64,000 bases of DNA from Octopus vulgaris. Its lineage: Eukaryota. The notes under the pieces were generated by a model. That model saw nothing but the letters and a program-made list of their open reading frames with translations. It was not told the DNA's origin and did no database searches. Each line of letters begins with the position of its first letter. Positions within the stretch are counted from its first letter, which is position 1. Of the stretch, positions 1-13,079 are shown in pieces. Location: positions 3,162,001-3,226,000 of the forward strand of contig OX597835.1 in assembly GCA_951406725.2 (NCBI GenBank). Reading direction: 5' to 3'. A program made the position numbers and the translations under genes.

Positions 1-74
1 GAACATTCATACATCGTCTTCGACGGTAGATGACAATTATCATCATCATCATCATCATCATTATTATTATCATT

Positions 75-465
75 AGCTAGCAGAATCGTTCGCACGCCGG
101 GCGAAATGCTTAGCGGTATTTCGTCCGCCGCTACGTTCTGAGTTCAAATCCCATCGAGGTCGACTTTGCCTTTCATCTTTTCTGGGTCGATAAATTAAGT
201 ACCAGTTACGCACTGGGGTCGATATAATCGACTTAATCCGTTTGTCTGTCCTTGTTTGTCATCTCTGTGTTTAGCCCTTTGTGGGTAGTAAAGAAATAGG
301 TATTTCGTCTGTCTTTAGGTTCTGAGTTCAAATTCCGCCGAGGTCGACTTTGCTTTTCATCCTTTCGGGGTCGAATAAATAATTACCAGTTAGGCACTGT
401 GGTCGATGGAATCGACTTAATCTGTTTGTCTCCTCTGTGTTTAGGTCCTTGTTTGTAGTAAAAGT
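75..465 (+). mobile_element. SINE family A, dimeric form (tRNA-like head plus two body/tail units)
   Basis: A-box-like AGCTAGCAGAATCG and B-box GAGTTCAAATCCC; body GCCTTTCATCCTTTCGGGGTCGAT duplicated; more than 15 homologous copies or fragments in the window. Confidence 0.9.
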
Positions 466-569
466 ATTAGCTGAAAAGAACGAATAGCATGGTACCGTAG
501 GCTGCAGGTAGTAAGACCGCTACGCACACAATACTCCAAGAACTCCAACGAAACCTGTGATTAAGGGAA

Positions 570-610
<41 letters not shown>

Positions 611-611
<1 letters not shown>

Positions 612-1162
612 GAGTGAGAGAGCAGTTCATGCCATCAAAGTGACACTGGGGTAAAATATACCAAGCCCAATATACCCATCATGACTACCCGTCTGATAAA
701 GGTACACCAGGCACATGCATCACAACCATATATGCGCGACATGGTGATCTCATATCAAGATAAACAGCACATGACCTTGCAGGTGGGGCCCAGTTAGAAT
801 TTTCTTCAGGTTGAGTAGCCCATCCCGCTCAAACGGTCCCTGAATAAGGGTTGTTTAAGGATGTTGAAAGAACCACCCATGTTTCCAGAGGTGAACTATT
901 CAAACCCCAAAGAATCCCTTTCAACACATGGCTATGATGCTCCCCCACTACTTCTGCTCGTGATCAGAGATGCACATATCGTCAGCCACTAAGGGACATG
1001 CTCAACTGGTTAAGGTCAAACAACTGACAAGCAAATCTGTGGTATTGAGCAGAATATTAGCTGTAGCCCATCTTTTATACCAAGACAAAACAATGTACAT
1101 GATAACACTTCCAATCAGTTAAGATCAGAAGCCATGAGAGCCACTGCCTGGTACTGCATCAG
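611..1162. mobile_element. Element E, about 550 bp, embedded in (TTA)n; copy 1
   Basis: Colinear with 52464-53013; both copies are flanked by (TTA)n on each side; no ORF. Confidence 0.85.
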
Positions 1163-1384
<222 letters not shown>

Positions 1385-2439
1385 CGTTAATGCATTAAGT
1401 TGTTCACAAAAGTTTCTTCTACGTTTTCCTGTCTTACATATTTTTTCTTCTTCTTCTTTCCGTTTCGTTTGTATTCTTTTTTTCTCTTTTCCTTTTCTCC
1501 TAGCTTCTATTTCTGTTTCTGCTCCCCACCCCTACATCTTCTATTTTTTATTTCTTTTTTTTCTCTTTTTCTGTTCTATTCCTTCGTCCTCTTTATTCTT
1601 CTTCTTCTTCTTCTTCTTCTCCCTCCCCTGTTTCTCCTTTTCCCCTTCCTCCTCCACCTCCCTCTCCTTTGTCAGTCAGTTATCAACGTTTGATCTTTTA
1701 ATGCTCTCTGCTCGAATCAAGCGCTTTAAATAAAATTTGAAGCTATCGTACCAAATCTCTACATTAATGCGTAATCCCAGACCAACCTTTAATCCTTTCA
1801 CAATCGACAGATCGATACACTCGGAGACTATCTCCAGTTCTTTTGCAGCGTTAAATGATTGATAAGAAAGAGGGGAAAATCAACTTTCCTGGATAGAACG
1901 CTAATCACCCACAAGTATCACTTATTTCCAGCATAACAACCAGGTCAATGTCATTCTTGTTATAATTGTGGTCATCGTCGTTGCTTTTGTTATTGTTGTT
2001 GCTGTTGTTGTTGTTGTTAAGCAACAAGACGGGTAAGGGTGATTAGGTGATGGTCTAGGGCTTAGGGGCGGGAGACCCCAGACCTTTGCGAAAAAAAAAA
2101 TACTTTGGTCGTCTTGTGGTCGAGGGCTCTTCGTTGACGCCCGACACCACTGGTGGAAATGGAGATCACCAGGTCCAAATTCTTGAACGGCTGCTGCTAC
2201 TGCTGCTGCTGGTGCTGTTTTTGTTGTTACTATTGCTTAACCAAATATCTTTCCTGGCCCTGCAGGGCAGATCGATGACCAAGATCACATGAATATCATG
2301 AATATCATCCAATGTGTCCTTCATTTTTTTTTTGTAAGATGACTACTCAGCCTTTCATTGTTGCTTATATCCTCAAACCTGATGTATTAATTTTGATCCA
2401 GTTTGGCCAATATAATCCTCATTGTATTGTAAGATATTT

Positions 2440-2845
2440 TGTTTTGCAATTCATTTTAATAAGAATTTTTAACACTAACGTTCATCAACAGATGCTTGCA
2501 TAGTATACTTAAAATTAGATGACCCAAACACATAAGCAATATGGAGCTATGGCAAAGAACAAATCAAGTTTCGATTAGGGAGGAAATATTTAAGAAAAAG
2601 TGGAAGTGGATTGGTAGCACAATTAAGAAAAGACACACCAAATGTAGCGAAAAGTGCTTTACAGTGGAAACCGGTATGATATAGAAGGAGAGGTAGGCCT
2701 AAGAACTCGTGGTGGAGATCAACACAAAAGGAACTGGAGAAAGGGGTACATTCATGGCAGAGTATAAGTACAGAAGCGAAAAATTATGCCACATGGAATT
2801 CAACTATAAGTGGCCTATACTCCACGTTGGAGGGGGGGTAAAGGC
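2440..2845 (+). mobile_element. RTE-clade LINE 3' remnant
   Basis: Broken frame reads RIFNTNV, FINRCLHSILKIR*PKHISNMELWQRTNQ, KWKWIG, ALQWKP, RRRGRPKNSW, the typical RTE C-terminus. Confidence 0.85.
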
Positions 2846-2998
2846 AGAAAAAAATTCATTTTTGCATCAACTCTTAATTCCCTCCCATTCTTCAATTGTT
2901 TTGCTTTGCCCTGTTCACTTATTTCACCTGTCCCAAAGCGAAGGTGTCCATATTTTGTTACCGAATTTATTTCTTCTAATGTTAAGATTAAATCCTTC

Positions 2999-3397
<399 letters not shown>

Positions 3398-3899
3398 TAC
3401 CAGTTATATACTGAGGTCAACTGGTTCTACTTTATTCAGCCTTGTTCTATTGCTAAAAATCAATAAAAAATATTTGATCTTTTTCATTGTTTACAAGACT
3501 ACGTTTAAGCTGTTTTGTATAGAATTCCATGAGATTGTTATACAAAAAGACACAAAAAGAAAAAAGATGATAACTATCTGAAGCCAGATTAAATTAGAAC
3601 AGATTTTGAAAAGAGGTTTATTTTATGCTTTTTTTTTGTTGAAATATTTTTTGTTTTTGTTTTTTGTTCATAGTCATAAAATACAATAAAATATATAATA
3701 AAACACTTGAATATCAGACGGTCAGCTTATTTATTAATTGACCTGAAGCAACAAACAACGAACATAACAAATAGCAGCGACAAGGGAAAAAAACCACGAC
3801 GATGATGATGACAACGACGACGACGACGATGACGATGAAGATAACGGTCTTAGTTCGTAGAAAACAAAGCAAAAACAACGAAAATAAGAAAAGGAAAAG

Positions 3900-4945
3900 A
3901 AAAAGCCCCTACATGGCAAATATTAGGTTAAGCTAAATAGAAAAGAATTAGACAAAGGGAAATTCCAACAATGGCTGAGAAGCTCAGGACTCAAAGCAGA
4001 AACTGAAGGATTTTTAATTGCAGCACAAGACCAAAGCCTTCCCACCAGGAATTACCAAAACCACAGTGGAGGCGCAATAGCCCAGTGGTTAGGGCAGCGG
4101 ACTCGCGGTCATAGGATCGCGGTTTCGATTCCCAGACCGGGCGTTGTGAGTGTTTATTGAGCGAAAACACCTAAAAGCTCCACGAGGCTCCGGCAGGGGA
4201 TGGTGGTGATCCCTGCTGTACTCTTTCACCACAACTTTCTCACTCTTACTTCCTGTTTCTGTTGTACCTGTACTTCAAAGGGCCGGCCTTGTCACTCTCT
4301 GTGTCACGCTGAATATCCCCGAGAACTACGTTAAGGGTACACGTGTCTGTGGAGTGCTCAGCCACTTACACGTTAATTTCACGAGCAGGCTGTTCCGTTG
4401 ATTCGGATCAACCGGAACCCTCGTCGTCGTAACCGACGGAGTGCTTCCACCGAAACCACACAATGAAAAGAAATACAAGTAACTGCAGAATATGTGAGGA
4501 TGGACTAGAAACAATAAATTATATTGTTTCTGGCTGCCCAGTCCTGGCTAGGAAGGAATATATTCACAGACACGGCAGAGTTGGGACTTATATACACCGG
4601 AAGCTATACCAACAGTATTGAATAACAACAGAAAAAAGGTGGTATAGGCACACGCCAGTAAACATCACAGAAAATGAGAAAACAACCATACTCTGGGATA
4701 TGCTAATACACACAGATAGAGAAATTAAGGCCAATAGGCCGGATATAGTTGTCAGAGATCACCAAGAAAAAATGCTTTCTAATCTATGTATCAATATCAA
4801 CAGATGACAATGTTTTTGTAAAAGAAACGGAGAAACATTCAAAATACAAAGACCTGGAAATAGAGGTAACTCGAATGTGGAATCTAAAAACAGAAACAAT
4901 TCCTATCATAGTAGGCGCATTAGGTAAGATAAAAATACATAGTGA
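3900..4945 (+). mobile_element. R4/Dong-type non-LTR retrotransposon 3' remnant (zinc knuckle plus restriction-like endonuclease), split by a SINE
   Basis: LHGKY, WLRSSGLKAETEGFLIAAQDQSLPTRNY; after the SINE, CRIC..ETINYIVSGC, ILWDM..TDREIKANRPDIV, KYKDLEIE, PIIVGALG; contains stops and a frameshift. Confidence 0.9.
4066..4448 (+). mobile_element. SINE family C (tRNA-like head), full length
   Basis: Head GGCGCAATAGCCCAGTGGTTAGG...GGTTTCGATTCCC; 12-bp TSD ACC(A/G)AAACCACA at 4054-4065 and 4449-4460. Confidence 0.92.
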
Positions 4946-5099
4946 ATATAATCCGAGACAGACGCAGAAATCATGCAGAAAATAAGGGCAGGATGGAAGG
5001 CGTTTGATTGATAAAAGATATACATGATTAAAGCTGGACAAGAGCCTACCTACCAGTCTCTTTAATGTCACCGTCATCATCCTACCTGCGCTTATACAC

Positions 5100-6960
5100 A
5101 AGTGAGAGGTGGGCAGTTGGGATGGTTTTCGGGGTCGAAAAATGCGTTTTGATAGAGATGAAGCGGAGAAAACCTGATAAAAATAAACTGCAGTTGATCG
5201 ACCCCATGAAGAAAATATAAAATCATTAAATGTAGAAAAGAACGCATAAATATCTGGGAATACTGGAAAGCAACGAAATCAAAAATTTGGACATAAAGGA
5301 GTGGCTTATTTTCGTGAAATGAAGTCAGAAACCAAATTGTATGCAGAGGAACGTCATACGTGCAATCAACACAATGACTGTATTGCTAATAGAACATGGA
5401 ATGAGAAAAGGTGAGCAGAAGGAGAGCGACAGGAAGTAAAAAGGAAACAAGAATCAGCTTCCAACGTAGAGAAGATGCATCATCAATCTGATGCAGACTA
5501 ATTTTACTCGGAAAACAGCAAACTTAGGAAGATATTTAAAGAGTGCCGAATGGACAATGAAACTAGAGAAGGCAATTAGAAGAGAAAAAAGGCAGATCCC
5601 TTCAAGAGAAAATAAGTGAAGGACTGTTTATAGAATGAACAGAACCTCAATAGGGAAAACAAGAAACCACCTTGTTTTTTTACATACAAGTTGAATATTT
5701 CCAACCGAAATGTAGTTATACGCGAAGATGAATTTGGTGGATCAAACCTTCCATGTAAAATACAGTAGTATTTGGAAAGATGATGATGATGCGTGAATGT
5801 TTACGCAACATGTTAATACTATGTACTACGTTTGACTTGTATGTCGGAAAATAGAGCAGAGAAAAGAAGAAATCAAACTTTGAACTGAAGAAGATTCACT
5901 CAGCATTTTTCGTAACACAAAAGAGAAAAGGAATAAACAAGGACAGCTGAGTGTAGCTAATGTGAAGGACAGCTGAGTGTAGCTAATGTGAAGGATATCT
6001 GAGTGTGGCTAATGTGAAGGACAGCTGAGTGTAGCTAATGTGAAGGATAGCTGAGTGTAGCTAATATGAAGGATAGCTGAGTGTGGCTAATGTGAAGGAC
6101 AGCTGAGTGTGGCTAATGTGAAGGACAGCTGAGTGTAGCTAATGTGAAGGATAGCTGAGTGTAGCTAATGTGAAGGACAGCTGAGTGTAGCTAATGTGAA
6201 GGATAGCTGAGTGTAGCTAATGTGAAGGACAGCTGAGTGTAACTAATGTGAAGGATAGCTGAGTGTAGCTAATGTGAAGGACAGCTGAGTGTAGCTAATG
6301 TGAAGGATAGCTGAGTGTAGCTAATGTGAAGGACAGCTGAGTGTAGCTCATGTGAAGAATATTTAAGAAAGATATGGAAGGAATGATCTTGGCAGCAGCT
6401 CGGTTAAATTGGATCAAGATGATGATAGATCAATTGGAATGTTTACCCAAACGTAGAATGTACGATGATCCAATGAGACTATGGTTCACATTGTATCGGA
6501 ATACTATAATAGGTTACTGGAAGTTTTGTAAGAAATTTGATTTTGCATCCACAGAAAAGAACTAAAACCATTTTGTAGGAACTGACATGCAAGCACAATT
6601 AAATAAAGATTTTGCGGCATTTTCTTACACAAACCGTGAGAAGAATAAAACACAATATTGAAGCTCTTAACGATAAGAAACTACGTGTTGTAACGAGTAT
6701 ACCATACTTATTTGTCAACAGAGTAAAGATAATAGTGAAAGAAAGAGAAGCGTATTACAGTAACTTGAGATACAAATTCCTCAGGTACTGAGCAATGAAA
6801 TTAGAAAGGTCGTGGTAGTGGAGGTTAGGACTGGGGCCTTGGGGAACAGTTATGGAAAAATATTGAGAACAAGCAATGAAAAATTTCCTCTTAGCCTAGG
6901 AGAAGGCACAGGAAACATATTTAATAATTTCAGCAAGAATTATCCGGAAAATCAAGACAG
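5100..6960 (+). mobile_element. Heavily decayed second R4/Dong-type LINE containing a minisatellite
   Basis: KYLGILESNEIK near 5248, NVIRAINT near 5350, VVVEVRTGALG near 6810. Confidence 0.6.
5941..6356 (+). repeat. 26-bp minisatellite, 16 copies (GGAYAGCTGAGTGTRGCTAATGTGAA)
   Basis: 16 contiguous units counted, with no spacers. Confidence 0.97.
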
Positions 6961-7094
6961 AGATGAAGAGCAGAAATCTTTTTTTTTTTTTATAAAGGAG
7001 GTGTAAAATGTTTCTTATCCTGAAGCACGAGTTGTGATTCGATAGCAAGCATAATTAAACCAAGCACAACACGAATTCCGTGAAGCAAGAGAAC

Positions 7095-7598
<504 letters not shown>

Positions 7599-8714
7599 AG
7601 AAATCAATAATTGTTATTGTATGGATGAGTAGTGTTCTGCAGGAGATGGTATTATTTTGAGGAATATTTAGTTTGTTTGGTTCAATTTGATTCTCCGTCC
7701 AGGGAAGCAGAAAGCTAATCTGATTAATTTCAGATTTTGGAGGCAAATTTCAATTTTCCCCTCCTTCATTATCTCGTTCTTCGGTTTTTATTATATGCGA
7801 TTATTTTACTCGTTTCGCGCTTTTTCACTTTTTTTTCCCCCTTTTTTTTTTTTTTTCGCGAGTCAGCGCTTTGGAAAATATTTCTGTAATAAAAACAAAA
7901 AGAAATTAAATGAATTTAGAGTGAGGTGTTGAAGCAAGTAAACTTCACCGTCTAAATTCTTGTTCGACATATTGTTCCTTCACACCTTAGCTTTGTCTTA
8001 ATGCCATCATACTCGGGTCTTAAAACTATCTTAACGCCGTCATAACGCGCTCACTTAACGCCCACGGTCATTAATACTTCCACTTTTATAGCTTCCATAA
8101 CACCGCCTTAACACTTACTCAGGATATTATTGTTAATGACCTCATTTATGCTATCATAAAAATAGCTATAAAATCGTTACTATGCCACCTTATGACTGCC
8201 TTGGCATCATCATAATGTTGTCTTAAGAGTGCGAAAACGTATACTCAACGCTTGCAATCATAACACAATCAAAACGTCAACGATGCCGAAACTTCGCTTT
8301 CACAATGTCACCTTGACGCTCGGTCACTACGCTATTATAACGACTTCGTTTATGCTATCATAAAGCAGTCTTACCACTGTTATAATGCTGCTGTAAAACT
8401 GACTGAACACAGTCATAATGCTGTTTTATTGCTGTCATAACGTCTTTTGTTGTATTACCGTTTGAACAACTTCAATCTTGACAATGTCTTAGAGCAGCTT
8501 TAACCCTTTATAGAACCAACAGCATGAAATATCAACGTCTTTCATTTCTAGATAGGCTTCCAGAGCTATCACAGGTGAGCAGAGTTCGAATCCTGAACTG
8601 AGAATCATATACTGACTTTTCAACTGGGTGACACAGATTTTACTGATAGCAGCGAACCATATCGCTGGACAGTTATTACTTACACCAATGAGAACCAGCA
8701 TCCTTACTATAACT

Positions 8715-9097
8715 GGAAGCACTCCGTCGGTTACGACGATGAGGGTTCCGGTTGATCCGATCAACGGAACAGCCTGCTCGTGAAATTAACGTGTAAGTGA
8801 CTGAGCATTCCACAGACACGTGTACCCTTAACGTAGTTCTCGGGGATATTCAGCGTGACACAGAAAGTGACAAGGCCGGCCCTTTTGAAATACAGGTACA
8901 ACAGAAACAGGAAGAAAGAGTGAGAGAAAGTTGTGGTGAAAGAGTACAGCAGGGATTACCACCATCCCCTGCCGGAGCTTCGTGGAGCTTTAGGTGTTTT
9001 CGCTCAATAAACACTCACAACGCCCGGTCTGGGAATCGAAACCGCGATCCTACGACCGCGAGTCCGCTGGCCTAACCACTGGGCCATTGCGCCTCCA
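8715..9097 (-). mobile_element. SINE family C, full length
   Basis: Reverse complement of 4066-4448; TSD TTACTATAACT at 8704-8714 and 9099-9109. Confidence 0.92.
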
Positions 9098-9588
9098 TTT
9101 ACTATAACTACTTACACCAATAAACCACGACGTCACCCTGAAATTATTACAGTAATAAACCATCGTGTTATTACTAGATATTGTACTTCCAGTTTGGAAT
9201 TATTACCAGCCTATCTTAACCATTAAGCATTTTCGTCATTTTCTGAAAGGAACAAGTTTTTCCTATCTACTGCCTATAAGCTGTTAAATTTTGCTCTTCA
9301 ATTTAAATTAAATATATATTCTCTAAGGAAAATTATCCCAGTTTATTGTCGATATTCGTTATATCAATGGCACTAATAATGGCGCAGCTGACACTTTATA
9401 CCGATTCCAAGTGAATTCACTGCACTCTAATGGTTCTAATGATTAGGTAAGAAAAAATGGTTATAGACCAAGAATTCGGTGAAGAACTGTTGCAATTAAA
9501 GGATACTGTATTAGCTTCTTTAAAATTTCCTCGTGTTCGTCTGCCTGATTCTATGAAAGATATTTGGTGTGATATTTCTACTGGTTCA

Positions 9589-9785
9589 AGGCGGTGAGCT
9601 GGCAGAGTCGTTAGCACGCCGGGCGAAATGCGTAGCCGTATTTCATCTGCCGCTATGTTCTGGGTTCAAATTCCGCCGAGGTGTACTTTGCCTTTTATCC
9701 TTTCGAGGTTGATAAATTAAGCACCAGTTGCGTACTGGGGTCGATATAATCGACTTAATCCGTTTGTCTGTCCTTGTTCGCCTCC
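9589..9785 (+). mobile_element. SINE family A
   Basis: GGCGGTGAGCTGGCAGAGTCGTTAGC head followed by the family body. Confidence 0.88.
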
Positions 9786-10098
9786 TCTCATCGCAACTCA
9801 TTTCTACAGCTGAGTAAAATGAAGCAGCCTCTTGCTCAAGGACACAACACACAGCCTGATCCGGGAATCGAACTCACAACCTCGCGATTGTAGGCCCGAC
9901 CCTCTAACCACTGAGTCATACGCCTTCACTGAGTATCAAGCATCAGTTAAGGCATACCTAGGTTATACTCAAGCGGGGCTGCTTTATAGCATGACATTAA
10001 CCCTTCCTCGAAAGACGATAGTTGGAGATTCCAATACGTGTTACGATCCGTCCAGTTATGTAAATTGTCTGCGAAACTATATGTCCAGGTCACTAGTT

Positions 10099-10310
10099 TA
10101 CTCTTTTCCTTGTTTCAATCATTTGACTGTGGTCATGCTCGAGCACCGCCTTTAGTCGAGCAAATTGACCTCAAGACTTATTCTTTGTAAGACTAGTACT
10201 TATTCTATCGGTCACTTTTGCCAAACCGCTAGGTGACGGAGACGTAAACACACCAGCATCGGTTATCAAGCGATGTTGGGGAGGACAAACACAGACACAC
10301 AAACGCATAG

Positions 10311-10346
<36 letters not shown>

Positions 10347-10520
10347 GCATATATACGACGGGCTTCTTTCAGTTTCCGTCTACCAAATCCACTGACAAGG
10401 CTTCGGTCGGCCCGGGGCTATAGCAGAAGACACTTGCCCAAGGTGCCACGCAATGGGATTAAACCCGGAACCATATGGTTCGTAAGCAAGTTTCTTACCA
10501 CACAGCCACTCCTACGCCTA
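10099..10520 (-). mobile_element. SINE family B (CORE-like), full length
   Basis: Minus strand has a tRNA-like head, CORE-like GCACCTTGGGCAAGTG, an internal microsatellite and the family tail. Confidence 0.9.
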
Positions 10521-10789
10521 GATTAAGGAAATTACAACCCAGACTGCCGACAGTTAAAACATATGTTCCTGCTGACATTACCGCCTGGTCTTCTATTGTT
10601 GTGCATAACGATCCGGCGTAAAAACCCTCGCATATATCATACACTGAACTCTATCGTGAGCATCCTGAATATTTTGGTTTTGATATATTTCGCAAAAGAG
10701 ACACAGACAGCATTAATAGAGTTAACAATGTTTACATTTCCGCAACTATGTCTTCGTACACAACTTTAAATTCCTCTATCTATTCACAG

Positions 10790-10846
10790 ACACCATCGAC
10801 ACAAAAAGCTATTATTCCGGAAGGAAAACACAACTAAAAGAGACAG
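10790..10846 (+). other. Candidate 57-nt exon, coding status unknown
   Basis: Acceptor TTCCTCTATCTATTCACAG and consensus donor CAG|GTGAGT; open in two phases; no recognisable protein. Confidence 0.3.
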
Positions 10847-11420
10847 GTGAGTACATTAGACTGCCAAATTCAAACACATATATTATGTTTAATGTTGTAT
10901 ACTGTATATGTATATATGTCCTATATATAATGTTTATGTGTTGTGACAGCTTAAACATAATCTAGAGTATTTTGTGAACTTTTGTAAAGATTGTGAACTT
11001 TTGCTCTTATGGCTGTGAACTTTCTTTTGCACTCTCTCTCTCTCTCTCTCTCTCCCATTCTTTATTTCACTCTCTTTGACTCTCTCTCTCTCTCTCTCAT
11101 TCTCTATTTCACTCTCTTTGTCTCTCTCTCTCTATATATATATGTATATGTATGTACGAATGTATGCATATAGATAGACAGATAAACAGACAGACAGATT
11201 TCTGTAAACTTATATAATGTATTTACTTTTGCTTTTCTAAATAATCTTTTACTGTATATTTTCGATTCGTTTTCTACAGCAAGAGGAGTTTTGTAGCAAG
11301 ACACTGGTTGAGATCTGAACCACAGACCTTAGAATTTTTCATTCTAGAACCATGGACAAATATATTTCCATAAAAGGAAAATTATAGCCATGATAGGTAA
11401 TAATGCCTACATGAATGTGG

Positions 11421-11540
11421 CTCGGCCAATCAGCTCTGACATAATTGACGTAGGAAACTTCAAAGGAACGCAAGCAGTTTTCCTGCCAAATACTTCAGCA
11501 GAAGTTTCCAGAAGCTGGCTTACAGTTATAAAAGCTGGCA
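11421..11540 (+). promoter_or_regulatory. Candidate Pol II promoter or solo-LTR U3 (CCAAT, CRE-like, TATA)
   Basis: GGCCAATCA at 11424, TGACGTAG at 11446, TATAAAAG at 11527, in canonical order. Confidence 0.35.
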
Positions 11541-12011
11541 AATTCAACCTCGGGCGAGAGAGTTAAGCCGTCTCGGGGAACTTATGTTACGTATTGCAGT
11601 GAGTTGGTCTCTCTTGCGACCTCTTTCACATCTCTTACGAAACGTGTCGAGCTTGTTACAAGACACCCATCTTAAAACTACAACGTCGAATGGCACATTA
11701 ATTATAAGCAGTGATTTATGATTCTTACTCTCCTTTCATAGTATTATCCAGCAATTTATATACTGAACATTTATAAATGCTATGTTCGTTGAACGTTGTT
11801 CCATTAATTTATTGGATGCACACTCGGAGATATAACGATGCGGGTTAGTAGAGTATGAGAAAACTCAATTAAAATTTCATGTAGACATTATCTACGCATT
11901 CAGCCTGGCTCACGTTGTGAATAGCCAGCGAGGAACGTAGCCAAACACCACACGTAATATATTATATATAAACATATATTTATACAAACAAATATATACA
12001 TGTATATATAC

Positions 12012-12056
<45 letters not shown>

Positions 12057-12099
12057 TGCGTGTGTGTGTGTTTGTGTGTGACGGAGACAGAGACAGATA

Positions 12100-12194
12100 C
12101 GTGTAAAATTTGAATGAAATTGGTTGTGTAGTTCTCAAGTTTTAGGGAAACACACAGACAGACAGACACATATTCTCAGTTTTATATATATAGA
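12100..12194 (-). mobile_element. Non-autonomous Helitron 5' end fragment
   Basis: Minus strand TCTATATATATAAAACTG followed by (GTCT)n, like the 5' end of 14845-15361. Confidence 0.55.
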
Positions 12195-12434
12195 GAGATA
12201 AACAGAAAGACAGACGAAAGCGTTGTCCTCTGTGATTATTCTAAGGCTGGTTGCCACCTTCTTTGATTGGAATAAACGGAAACGTTAATCGTTGATTTTC
12301 GAACCAAATACATTTTCTATTTCGTACGTTTAGGACCATTTTTGTTGTGGCATCGAGTAAACACAATGTTTCATCGATTCATGTAGACCCTCATTCATCT
12401 GTATGTAGATGGACGTGGATATGTATGTGTGTCT

Positions 12435-12478
<44 letters not shown>

Positions 12479-12594
12479 CTCTATTTCACTCTCTTTGTCT
12501 GTCTCTCTCTCTATATATATATATATGTATGTACGAATGTATGCATATAGATAGACAGATAAACAGACAGACAGACGGACGGACGGCTGCATAG

Positions 12595-12654
12595 ATTGAT
12601 AGATAGATAGACAGACTGACAGACAGACAAACAGACAGACAGATAGACATACAT

Positions 12655-12733
<79 letters not shown>

Positions 12734-12791
12734 TGTAGGTAGGTAGGTAGGCAGGTAGGTAGGTAGGTAGGAAGGTAGGTAGGTATGTAGG

Positions 12792-12872
<81 letters not shown>

Positions 12873-12892
12873 TGATAGATAAATAGATAGAC
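12595..12892. repeat. Compound (AGAT)n/(AGAC)n/(AT)n/(AGGT)n microsatellite
   Basis: Read directly from the sequence. Confidence 0.95.
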
Positions 12893-13048
12893 ACACACAG
12901 ACAGTTATATATGTATGTATGTGTGTCTCTATAAACATATACGTTCATACAGACTGACAAATATATACATACATGCATACAGATATATATCCACCCATGT
13001 ATTTTTCCTTATATCTTTTCAATTCACACTCCATATTCTCTCTTTCTA

Positions 13049-13079
<31 letters not shown>

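Noticed and set aside
4068-4140. tRNA-like sequences at SINE heads
   Set aside because: They retain A and B boxes but continue into SINE bodies with TSDs and do not form a full cloverleaf; not tRNA genes.
5941-6356. CRISPR-like regular array
   Set aside because: Contiguous 26-bp units with no spacers, no cas genes and a eukaryotic context.
8797-9075. Recurrent ORF (EHSTDTCTLNVVLGDIQRD) resembling a multicopy gene family
   Set aside because: It is the antisense frame of SINE family C; starts are non-ATG and indels differ between copies.
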